Origin: an uncultured Clostridia bacterium
GTDB taxonomy: Bacteria; Bacillota; Clostridia; TANB77; CAG-508
Assembly (NCBI GenBank): GCA_947628425.1
Contig: CANQZV010000001.1
Span: forward strand, 1-40,000
Direction of reading: 5' to 3'
Length of the DNA stretch: 40,000 bases
The notes below the pieces were generated by a model that searched no databases, was not told where the DNA came from, and was given only the letters and a program-made list of their open reading frames with translations. Positions 1 to 7,658 of the stretch are shown here, piece after piece. Both the position numbers and the translations under genes were made by a program. Position 1 is the first letter of the stretch. The number at the start of each line of letters is the position of its first letter.

Positions 1-6
1 TTATAT

Positions 7-81
7 TGGGCTGTAGCCAAGCGGTAAGGCACATGACTTTGACTCATGCATGCGCTAGTTCGAATCTAGCCAGCCCAGCCA
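7..81 (+). tRNA. tRNA-Gln (anticodon UUG), 3' CCA encoded
   Basis: Hand-folded cloverleaf. Acceptor tgggctg/cagccca; D arm gcc-aagcggtaa-ggc; anticodon stem catga/tcatg with loop cTTTGAc (anticodon TTG); T arm gctag-ttcgaat-ctagc; discriminator g plus cca. Confidence 0.9.
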
Positions 82-111
82 AAGCTAGTCAAAAGACTAG
101 CTTATTTTTAT
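82..111 (+). terminator. Rho-independent terminator after the tRNA
   Basis: Perfect 9-bp stem aagctagtc/gactagctt (82-90/95-103), loop aaaa, followed by atttttat. Confidence 0.7.
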
Positions 112-156
112 GAAATTAAATACTAGAAAAAAATATTAAAGAAAGGAGTAAATGAA

Positions 157-345
157 ATGAAGAAGTTTAATGAGTTTTGTGAAAAGTATGAAGCATCATT
201 ATGGCAATTAATTGCAGCAATTTGGTTCTTTATATATTATTTTTTAGGTATAGAAAAAGATGCTCTATTTGGAGCAGGAGTATTTTGGTTATTTTTAGCA
301 GTAATTGACTTTGTACAAAAGAAACTAAGAAATAAAAAACAATAA
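157..345 (+). CDS. Small hypothetical membrane protein (62 aa, two hydrophobic segments)
   Basis: RBS aaaggag upstream of the ATG. Two hydrophobic stretches (LWQLIAAIWFFIYYFLGI and GAGVFWLFLAVIDFV) and a basic tail. No recognisable family. Confidence 0.55.
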   Translation: MKKFNEFCEKYEASLWQLIAAIWFFIYYFLGIEKDALFGAGVFWLFLAVIDFVQKKLRNKKQ

Positions 346-481
346 TCAAAAAACAAAGAAAAAGTTGTTATGAATTATGAATAACTTGATTGATAATTTA
401 TATCAATTTCAAAGAAATTTCGGAGATGTAGATATATACAACACCAGAATTATAATAAATATATTATAATTGAATAAAAAA

Positions 482-529
482 CAAAAAGAAAAATACTTAA
501 TTAAAAAGTATTTTTCTTTTTGCTTTTTT
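482..529. terminator. Strong hairpin terminator (usable on both strands)
   Basis: Perfect 17-bp stem caaaaagaaaaatactt/aagtatttttctttttg (482-498/506-522), 7-nt loop, then cttttttat. An A-run precedes it, so it could act on both strands. Confidence 0.75.
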
Positions 530-532
530 ATA

Positions 533-561
533 TTGACAATATAACAATATAATTGTAAAAT
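533..561 (+). promoter_or_regulatory. Sigma-A-type promoter for the XRE / small-ORF pair
   Basis: TTGACA (533-538), 17-nt spacer, TAAAAT (556-561). It lies directly after the terminator and about 120 nt upstream of ATG 682. Confidence 0.55.
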
Positions 562-681
562 TTTAACAAAATAGTTAAACTTAATTCCAAATATAAAGAT
601 TTTTACTATTTCCGCCAAAACGGATAATTTCTATGGTTAAATATACAAAAATTGTAAATACTAAAATTGGTGAGAATAAAA

Positions 682-882
682 ATGCGTGTAGAAATATTGT
701 TAAAAGAAAAACGAAAAGAAAGGAAACTAACTCTAGCGCAATTATCTGAAAGAACTGGAATTTCAACAACACATATTAACGATATTGAAAATAATATAAA
801 AGAACCAAGTATATCAATGTTAATAAGAATAGCAAAAGCGCTAGATTTAAATGTAGAGGATTTATATAAAGTAAAATGGTAG
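682..882 (+). CDS. XRE-family helix-turn-helix transcriptional regulator (HTH only)
   Basis: LTLAQLSERTGISTTHINDIENNIKEPSISMLIRIAKALDLNVEDLY is a classic Cro/C1-type HTH. The ORF track starts at TTG 667, but ATG 682 sits behind ggtgag and is the more plausible start. No additional domain is present. Confidence 0.8.
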   Translation: MRVEILLKEKRKERKLTLAQLSERTGISTTHINDIENNIKEPSISMLIRIAKALDLNVEDLYKVKW

Positions 883-1022
883 ATGAATTAAGAAAAAAGT
901 TGCTTGATAGTATAATTAAATATGGAATAGTAGATAAAAGAACATATGAAATTAGCAAACAATTAGATGAGGCAATTAATGAATATTATGAAAAAAATGA
1001 AAAAAAAGTGAAAAAAATATAA
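876..1022 (+). CDS. Spo0E-like small protein (48 aa), absent from the ORF track
   Basis: ATG 876 overlaps the XRE stop codon (ATGGTAG). Translation: MVDELRKKLLDSIIKYGIVDKRTYEISKQLDEAINEYYEKNEKKVKKI, ending TAA 1020-1022. S-K-Q-L-D-E-A-I-N-E-Y matches the Spo0E-family S-Q-E-L-D-x-L-I-x-x-Y signature. Confidence 0.55.
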   Translation: MVDELRKKLLDSIIKYGIVDKRTYEISKQLDEAINEYYEKNEKKVKKI

Positions 1023-1029
1023 AAAACTA

Positions 1030-1058
1030 TTGCAAAAACAATAAATTAGTTGTATAAT
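1030..1058 (+). promoter_or_regulatory. Sigma-A-type promoter for the LPXTG protein gene
   Basis: TTGCAA (1030-1035), 17-nt spacer, TATAAT (1053-1058), with TG immediately upstream of the -10. Confidence 0.55.
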
Positions 1059-1100
1059 TATATGTGAATGTAATATAATATTAATTATAAGGAGATTCAT

Positions 1101-1502
1101 ATGAAAAAAGTTATTAATTTAAAAATGATTATTGTTTTAGTAATAAGTATAACATTAATTGCTACAGCTACATCAGTTTTAGCTACAGATAGTGTTTTAG
1201 GAACAGGTTCAAATAATACAGCAACTACAGAAGTTACACAAAGTGAATATGATGGAGCTACAATTATACCTCAAGATACAAATTATCCTACAACTAATAC
1301 TCCAGTAGATGGAAATTCTGCTAATGGAAATAATGTTTCAACTGGTACAGACACATCATCTGCATATAACACAGTAGATGAAGAGGAAGAAAACTTACCT
1401 CAAACAGGAATTGAAGATTTTAATGTTGGAATATTATTAGTAATATGTGTTGCAGCAGCAATTTACACATATAAAAAAATGAGAGATTATAAAAATGTAT
1501 AA
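1101..1502 (+). CDS. Small LPXTG cell-wall-anchored surface protein
   Basis: RBS aaggag. N-terminal signal peptide MKKVINLKMIIVLVISITLIATATSVLA. C-terminal sorting signal LPQTG, then hydrophobic ILLVICVAAAIYTY, then basic KKMRDYK. The mature part is about 70 aa, T/N/S-rich, with an acidic DEEEE run. Confidence 0.85.
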   Translation: MKKVINLKMIIVLVISITLIATATSVLATDSVLGTGSNNTATTEVTQSEYDGATIIPQDTNYPTTNTPVDGNSANGNNVSTGTDTSSAYNTVDEEEENLPQTGIEDFNVGILLVICVAAAIYTYKKMRDYKNV

Positions 1503-1506
1503 AAAT

Positions 1507-1541
1507 AAAAAATGAAAGAAACTTAGGTTTCTTTCATTTTT
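1507..1541. terminator. Bidirectional terminator shared by the convergent LPXTG and sortase genes
   Basis: Stem aaaaatgaaagaaac/gtttctttcattttt around loop ttag, with A-run and T-run flanks. The last sortase codons lie inside the 3' arm. Confidence 0.7.
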
Positions 1542-2177
1542 GCTTTTATAACTATTCTTTTATTGTTATTATTACTATTACATGTAATAAGAGTTACTTC
1601 AATATTTGATGTTTTTTTTGTACAGCTTATATCTTTTTCATTTGTAGTGTATTTATCATAAACAATATATTCTAGTTTATTTTTATTTAAATCTGAAATA
1701 AAAACGCTATCATTTTTATTTAATTTATCGAGTTTACTAAACATCATAGTATTTTTATAATTATGTCCTGCAATGCATAAATTCCCATTGTGATTTGGTA
1801 ACGGTCCGTGAAAATCTACATACAGATATTTTTAATAATTCCTCACTACTATTTGAAAGAATTGGGTAAGAAATATTAAGTTTAGGTATTTCAATCAGTC
1901 CAATTATAGAAATATTATTAGAAAGTTGAATTGATGTATAATTATTTTTTGTAGAATATAGTGTACTCATATTATAAGTGTTTACCATATTAATTGTATC
2001 TGCTTTTCTTTTATAAATTGAATATTGACTATATATAATATACATAGTTATAATTAATATGATAATAATAATTATTATAAAAAGTAAAAAAAATACATTT
2101 TTTTTGCTTTTTAAAGAATTTTTTTTATTTTTACTGATATTTGTATTATTATCATAATAAAAAATAATTTGATTCAT
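1523..2177 (-). pseudogene. Sortase (TLxTC transpeptidase) interrupted by a 1-nt frameshift
   Basis: ORFs 1761..2189 and 1523..1747 are two halves of one gene. The N half has a TM anchor and IGLIEIPKLNISYPIL. Reading upstream in the C-half frame gives YVDFHGPLPNHNGNLCIAGHNYKN...TLITC...KRIVIKA. Removing one base of the T5 run at 1829-1833 yields one continuous 217-aa frame. The likely start is ATG 2177, behind GGGAGG. Confidence 0.8.
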
Positions 2178-2316
2178 GTTTCCTCCCAATTATAATTTAT
2201 TTTTTGTAAAAAAATAAATTATAATAAAGAAAATTAAGTAAAAATAACAAAACTGTTACAAAAATTAAAAAATATTACAAAAATGTTAAATGTATATTAC
2301 AATTTTTAAAAGACTA

Positions 2317-2344
2317 TTGACTTTATTTTTTTTTGAAATAAAAT
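2317..2344 (+). promoter_or_regulatory. Candidate promoter for rsmD
   Basis: TTGACT (2317-2322), 16-nt spacer, TAAAAT (2339-2344). Confidence 0.35.
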
Positions 2345-2364
2345 ATATATATTGAAGGTTAAAT

Positions 2365-2919
2365 ATGAGAATAATAAGTGGAAAAGCAAAAGGAACAAAA
2401 TTATATACTTTAGATGGAACAAATACAAGACCAACTTTAGATAGAGTTAAAGAGTCTTTATTTAATATAATTCAACATGAACTAGTTGATTCAATTATAT
2501 TAGATTTATTTGCTGGATCTGGTGCTTTAGGAATAGAATCTGTAAGCAGAGGAGCAAAAAAAGCAATTCTATGTGATAATTCTTATGATGCTATTAATAT
2601 TATAAAATCGAATATTAGAAAATGTCATGTAGAAACAAATATAGAATTAATATATAATGATTATAAAAAATGTTTAAGTAAAATAAAAGAAAAAGTTGAT
2701 ATTATATTTGTAGATCCACCATATAAAATGAATATTGCAGTAGAAGCTATAAAATTAATTATAGATAAAGATATTTTAAACAATAATGGTATAATAATTT
2801 TAGAGACAGATGATGAAATAAGAGAAATAAATCAATTAAAAACAATTAATAATATTAATATTAGAGATTTAAGAAAATATGGAAGAGTAAAGCTAATATT
2901 TTTAAATCGAAAGGAGTAA
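2365..2919 (+). CDS. rsmD: 16S rRNA (guanine966-N2)-methyltransferase RsmD
   Basis: MRIISGKAKGTKL...TRPTLDRVKESLFNII, SAM-binding DLFAGSGALGIE and the DPPY motif are typical of the RsmD family. Confidence 0.85.
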   Translation: MRIISGKAKGTKLYTLDGTNTRPTLDRVKESLFNIIQHELVDSIILDLFAGSGALGIESVSRGAKKAILCDNSYDAINIIKSNIRKCHVETNIELIYNDYKKCLSKIKEKVDIIFVDPPYKMNIAVEAIKLIIDKDILNNNGIIILETDDEIREINQLKTINNINIRDLRKYGRVKLIFLNRKE

Positions 2920-2921
2920 AA

Positions 2922-3359
2922 ATGGAAATTTTCACGTTATTAGAAACATTAGAGGAATGTTTAGAAAGGGCAAAAACTATACCATTTACACAAAAAAGTA
3001 TTGTAGATAAAGAAGAAATTTTAGATATTATTAAAGAAATAAGAATAAAACTACCAGATGAACTTAAACAAGCTAAATGGGTTAAAGAAGAAAGAGGAAA
3101 AATATTAGTAGAGGCTCAAAAAGAAGCCGATGGAATTGTAAAAGAGGCAGAAAACAGAATTATTTCTATGATAGACGAACATGAAATAACAAAAAAGGCA
3201 TATGAGCAAAAGGCACAAATAATAGAAACAGCAAATGAAATGTCTAGAGAAATTTCTAAAGGAACAAAAGAATATGCAGATAATATTTTAGAAAAAGTTC
3301 AATCAGCATTACAAGAAGCTTTAGCAACTGTAGAAAATAATAGAAAAGAATTAAAATAA
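2922..3359 (+). CDS. Conserved-looking coiled-coil protein of unknown function (ATPase subunit b/H-like repeats)
   Basis: Starts 2 nt after the rsmD stop. It has E/K/A-rich heptad stretches (ILVEAQKEADGIVKEAENRI...), no TM segment and no catalytic motif. Confidence 0.6.
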   Translation: MEIFTLLETLEECLERAKTIPFTQKSIVDKEEILDIIKEIRIKLPDELKQAKWVKEERGKILVEAQKEADGIVKEAENRIISMIDEHEITKKAYEQKAQIIETANEMSREISKGTKEYADNILEKVQSALQEALATVENNRKELK

Positions 3360-3366
3360 TATATTA

Positions 3367-3414
3367 AGAAATCAGAATCGCAGTAGTAATGCTGGTTTCT
3401 GATTTCTATTTTTA
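3367..3414 (+). terminator. Rho-independent terminator
   Basis: 11-bp stem agaaatcagaa/ttctgatttct (3367-3377/3397-3407) with a 19-nt loop, followed by attttta. Confidence 0.65.
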
Positions 3415-3554
3415 TTATTAAAACTAATCAATTCTATACAAATCTTTTTAAATAAATATTATGTGTTAAAAACGCGATATATAATAAATCTGAAAGGCCA
3501 ACATTTATTAATTATGTTGCTTTTATTATATAATGCAAAAGTTCTAAAAAATAT

Positions 3555-3583
3555 TTGCATAACGTTGATTTTTATTATAAAAT
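3555..3583 (+). promoter_or_regulatory. Candidate promoter for ftsK
   Basis: TTGCAT (3555-3560), 17-nt spacer, TAAAAT (3578-3583). Confidence 0.4.
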
Positions 3584-3619
3584 GTATACAGAATTAAAAA
3601 CACTAAAGGAGGAAATAAT

Positions 3620-6022
3620 TTGGCTAAAAGAGGTAGAAAACCAACTAAAAATAAAAAATATGTAAAAAGAACTAATCAAGATAAAAATATACATGTAGTA
3701 GTTTTAATTATTGTTAGTATACTATTAGGAGTATTAATTTACCAAAAAACAGGTTATATAGGTAAAAATTTAAGCCCAATACTTGGCGGAATAATGGGAT
3801 GGATTAAATTTATTGTTCCTATAGGTGTTTTTGTAATTGCAATAGCATATGCTTGTGATAAAAAAGAGTTTCTAAGTTCAAAAATGATACAACTTGTAAT
3901 ATTTTTAATATGTATTTGTACAGTATTGTCCATTTACCAAATATCAGAGCAAAATTTAAATTTAAAGAATAATATTGCAAAAACAATATCAGAATCTTAT
4001 AAATTAGGAACAAAAAATATTGGTGGTGGTGCTATAGGAGCAATGTTTGCTGTTCCACTTGTTAATATGTTAGGAATATCTGGTGCGGTAATTCTTTCTA
4101 TTGGAATTAGTACTATTTTGTTAGTGTTTATTTTAGGTATACCTGTATCAGATTTAATAGAAGATTTTGTAGAAAATATGAAAAATAAAAAAGAGGAAAG
4201 AAGAAATGAAATAAATGAATATAGACAGCAAGAATATGAAAAAAGAGAAAGAAAATTAGAAGAAAGAAGAAAGCAAAAAAATATTCATATATTAAGTGAT
4301 ACTGAAAAAGACGAGATTACAGAAGATCAAATTAAAATTAATCTAAATGAAAAACCTATAAGTAAATTAAAAAAATATGATCATTCTAAAGATGATTTAG
4401 AACCATTAATTGGAGAAGAAAATAAAAAAGAGGAATTTAATCCTAATTATATTGAAGGAAATTTATTTAAAAAAGAGGAAGAAACAAAAGAGGAAAAGGT
4501 AAAGGAAGTATTAACATTAGAACACTCTATGTCTGTTGAAGATGATAATTATGAATTTCCACCAATTATATTACTAAAACAGGGTACGGAAAAAGTTCTT
4601 AAAGGAACTAAAAAAACATTAACAGATACAGCAAATAAATTACAAAAAACATTATATAGTTTTGGAGTATCTGCAAAAGTTGAAAATGTATCTGTTGGTC
4701 CTGCTATTACTCGTTATGAAATAAAACCTGCAGAAGGCGTTAGAGTTAGCAAAATAGCAAATTTAGCAGATGATATTGCATTAAATTTAGCTGCTGAATC
4801 TATAAGAATTGAAGCACCAATACCTGGTAAACAAGCTGTTGGAATTGAAATTCCAAACAAAGAAAATGAAGTTGTACATTTAAGAGATATTTTGGAATCA
4901 GATAAATTCATAGATGCTAAATCTAAATTAACAATAGCATTAGGTAAAGATGTTGCAGGAGAAGAAGTTATAACAGATATAGCTAAAATGCCGCATGTTC
5001 TTATTGCTGGTAGCACAGGTTCTGGTAAAAGTGTTTGTATTAATACACTTATAACTAGCATTATATATAAAGCAAAACCAAGTGAAGTAAAATTAGTAAT
5101 GATTGATCCTAAGATTGTTGAATTATCAGTTTATAATGGCATACCACACCTATTAATTCCGGTTGTAACAGATCCTAAAAAAGCAGCTGGTGCCCTAGCA
5201 TGGGCTGTTCAAGAAATGGAAAATAGATATAGTTTATTTGCAGGAAAAGGTGTTAGAGATTTAAAAGGATATAATAATGAATTAGATAAAGAAAATGTAT
5301 CAACAGGCAAGTTACCACAAATTGTAATTATAATTGATGAGCTTGCAGATTTAATGATGGTTGCAGCTAAAGATGTTGAGGATGCTATTTGTAGATTAGC
5401 TCAAAAAGCAAGAGCTGCTGGTATGCATCTTGTAATTGCAACACAGAGACCTTCTGTAGATGTAATTACAGGTCTAATAAAAGCAAATGTACCATCAAGA
5501 GTTGCATTTGCTGTATCTTCTCAAGTAGATTCTAGAACTATTTTAGATATGGCAGGAGCTGAAAAACTGTTAGGAAAAGGGGATATGCTATTCTATCCTG
5601 CAGGTGCTTCAAAACCTACAAGAATACAAGGGGCATTTGTAGATGATAAAGAAGTAGAAAAAATTGTAGACTTTATTAAATCTAATACAGACACAAATTA
5701 TAATGAAGAAATACTTGAATCAATTGAGAAAGCTAATAATACAGATAAAGATGTAAAAGATTTAGATGAAGATAATGATACAGATCCATTATTAGATGAG
5801 GCAATAGAAGTAGTAATTGATACAAGACAAGCCTCAACTTCTTTTATACAAAGAAGGTTTAAAGTTGGATATGCACGAGCAGGAAGAATTATTGACCAAA
5901 TGGAAGAAAGAGGTATTATATCTGGATACCAAGGAAGTAAACCAAGAGATGTATTAATGACTAAAGAGAGATGGCAAGAATTAAATATGCAACAAAATAC
6001 AGTAGAAGAAAACAAAGAATAA
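3620..6022 (+). CDS. ftsK: DNA translocase FtsK/SpoIIIE
   Basis: TTG start behind aaggagg. N-terminal polytopic membrane domain, K/E-rich linker, Walker A GSTGSGKS and Walker B IIIDELADLMM. The C-terminal gamma winged helix is ASTSFIQRRFKVGYARAGRIIDQMEERGII. Confidence 0.92.
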   Translation: MAKRGRKPTKNKKYVKRTNQDKNIHVVVLIIVSILLGVLIYQKTGYIGKNLSPILGGIMGWIKFIVPIGVFVIAIAYACDKKEFLSSKMIQLVIFLICICTVLSIYQISEQNLNLKNNIAKTISESYKLGTKNIGGGAIGAMFAVPLVNMLGISGAVILSIGISTILLVFILGIPVSDLIEDFVENMKNKKEERRNEINEYRQQEYEKRERKLEERRKQKNIHILSDTEKDEITEDQIKINLNEKPISKLKKYDHSKDDLEPLIGEENKKEEFNPNYIEGNLFKKEEETKEEKVKEVLTLEHSMSVEDDNYEFPPIILLKQGTEKVLKGTKKTLTDTANKLQKTLYSFGVSAKVENVSVGPAITRYEIKPAEGVRVSKIANLADDIALNLAAESIRIEAPIPGKQAVGIEIPNKENEVVHLRDILESDKFIDAKSKLTIALGKDVAGEEVITDIAKMPHVLIAGSTGSGKSVCINTLITSIIYKAKPSEVKLVMIDPKIVELSVYNGIPHLLIPVVTDPKKAAGALAWAVQEMENRYSLFAGKGVRDLKGYNNELDKENVSTGKLPQIVIIIDELADLMMVAAKDVEDAICRLAQKARAAGMHLVIATQRPSVDVITGLIKANVPSRVAFAVSSQVDSRTILDMAGAEKLLGKGDMLFYPAGASKPTRIQGAFVDDKEVEKIVDFIKSNTDTNYNEEILESIEKANNTDKDVKDLDEDNDTDPLLDEAIEVVIDTRQASTSFIQRRFKVGYARAGRIIDQMEERGIISGYQGSKPRDVLMTKERWQELNMQQNTVEENKE

Positions 6023-6053
6023 TTTTATTAATACTAATGAAGAAAGGGTTAAA

Positions 6054-7631
6054 ATGAAAGAAGAACTTTTTTCTAAATTTAAAGATTATAATAATGAATT
6101 AGAAAAAATTTTAGAAAAAAAAGATTTTTCAGTTGAAGTAAAAAATCTTCTTCTTAATATGTTTTATAAATTAGAAATTTCTTATAATGATTATGAAATA
6201 GTTAAAAGAAATGTTAAATCTAAACAAGAATATTTAGAAAATATTTTAAATAACATAAAGCAATGCAATAAAATTGAATTAATTAAACCTAATACTGAAA
6301 AATTTAATGAAATGAAATTGAAAAATAAAAAATATATTGTTGATTTAAAGCTAAAAAAAATTGAAGTTATAGATAATGAATTATCTTTATTATCTGCAAT
6401 ATTAGAATTAAATGATTTTCAAATATATTTAAATGAGCAATACAATTTAATTAGAAATTCTTTTCCTTACTTATTAAATTCTGCAAATGATATGAATAAT
6501 ACAGAAGTTTTAAGAGATTTTAATGCATTTTCATGGAATACTATTAAAGAGGAAATAGAAAATATTAACATAAATTTAGTTTATTTTAATTTAAAATTGG
6601 CTATGTCTGTTGACTTAATTAAAAAATTAGAAAATTCAAACGAAGTTATTGATTTTATAAATTTTATAAAGGAAGACTTAAAAAAAATATACAATGAAAA
6701 AGATATTAATGAATATTTAAAATTATTATTTCAAATATCAATTATTATATATATAGAAAAAAGTAATATAGAGAAAAAAAGATTGTTAGATGAAAAAAAT
6801 GTAATAGAAGATGAACTAAATCTAATAAAAAACAAAAAATTATATATTAATAATATAATAAAAACCAAAAAGGAATTATCAAAAAAAGTAAAAGAAACAG
6901 ATATAATATTGAACGATAAAGAGTTATTAATAAAAGAATACCAAAAAAGAAATAATAATTTATCAAACTATAACAAAATATTTAGTGTAAGTCACTTAAC
7001 AGAAAAGCTACAAAAAGAAAGAGAAAAATATTTAAAAAAAATTGAAGAGTGTAACAAAAACTTATCACCTGCAAATTATATAGAAAATAAAGAAAAATTA
7101 GAAAATGATTTTAACCTATTAAATTCAATTGACTTAGAAGAAAATTCAGATAATAAAAAACTATTATATAAATATATTAATAGATTACAAATAATATTTT
7201 TGGATAAAATATTGCCAAAAAAAATAAAAGAAATGAATAGTAAAGATGAACTAATAAATTTACTTTATCAAATTAGATATTATCTTTTTATTCCTTATAC
7301 AAGAGATGATGAAATAAAAGATGTTAAAAATTTTAAAAACTCAATTAATAATTTATTATCAACATTAATTATAAAATTATATAATTTAAAAATTATTAAT
7401 ACAATATCTACAAATGAAAAAGCAGATATAGAAATTGTAAAAAATATATTTTATATTAGAATGATTTCATTAGAAGAAATATATTTAGAATTAATAAAAT
7501 CAGATAGTGGTAATTATGAATTATATATATATGATGATAAGGATACTTTGGAAAAAAGCATTAGTATTAATATAGAATTTCATAAAAAAGATAGAATTAA
7601 GCTAAAAAGAAAAGTTAGGCTTTTTAAATAA
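6054..7631 (+). CDS. Hypothetical protein, 525 aa, no recognisable domain
   Basis: Long uninterrupted frame in a stop-rich AT background. It lies 31 nt after ftsK and 27 nt before the next gene, with no hairpin in either gap. K/N/E/I/L-rich with a central coiled-coil-like stretch; no TM segment or catalytic motif seen. Confidence 0.7.
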   Translation: MKEELFSKFKDYNNELEKILEKKDFSVEVKNLLLNMFYKLEISYNDYEIVKRNVKSKQEYLENILNNIKQCNKIELIKPNTEKFNEMKLKNKKYIVDLKLKKIEVIDNELSLLSAILELNDFQIYLNEQYNLIRNSFPYLLNSANDMNNTEVLRDFNAFSWNTIKEEIENININLVYFNLKLAMSVDLIKKLENSNEVIDFINFIKEDLKKIYNEKDINEYLKLLFQISIIIYIEKSNIEKKRLLDEKNVIEDELNLIKNKKLYINNIIKTKKELSKKVKETDIILNDKELLIKEYQKRNNNLSNYNKIFSVSHLTEKLQKEREKYLKKIEECNKNLSPANYIENKEKLENDFNLLNSIDLEENSDNKKLLYKYINRLQIIFLDKILPKKIKEMNSKDELINLLYQIRYYLFIPYTRDDEIKDVKNFKNSINNLLSTLIIKLYNLKIINTISTNEKADIEIVKNIFYIRMISLEEIYLELIKSDSGNYELYIYDDKDTLEKSISINIEFHKKDRIKLKRKVRLFK

Positions 7632-7658
7632 GTAATAAAAAAGGAAGGAGTATATAAT

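Noticed and set aside
346-481. 135-nt untranslated stretch between the 62-aa ORF and the strong terminator. It contains TTGAT-N7-ATCAA and other A/T palindromes, and could be a small RNA or regulatory 3' UTR.
   Set aside because: No promoter, conserved-looking structure or credible ORF is present (only a 27-codon TTG frame without an RBS). The palindromes are A/T-only, so chance cannot be excluded.
409-958. Three minus-strand ORFs from the track (409..618, 581..772, 776..958).
   Set aside because: They run through the 482-529 terminator hairpin and the 533-561 promoter, and lie antisense to the XRE and Spo0E-like genes. Their products are I/L/F/Y low-complexity, as expected from translating AT-rich DNA. 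No RBS is present.
1-2300. Possible genomic island integrated at the tRNA-Gln 3' end (tRNA, small ORF, XRE regulator, surface protein, sortase).
   Set aside because: No integrase, recombinase or phage gene is present. I found no downstream direct repeat of the tRNA 3' end (ccagcccagcca), and the composition matches the rest of the window.
2919-2922. Absence of coaD after rsmD, the usual Firmicute gene pair.
   Set aside because: This is a synteny difference only, and the gene may be elsewhere in the genome. It cannot be evaluated from this window.
3620-6022. FtsK-like ATPase as part of a conjugative, secretion or defence module together with the unknown 525-aa protein and the MBL nuclease.
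   Set aside because: The protein has the full chromosomal-translocase architecture: a four-helix membrane anchor, a long linker, the motor and the gamma KOPS-type winged helix. It sits among housekeeping genes, and no relaxase, coupling or immunity genes lie nearby.
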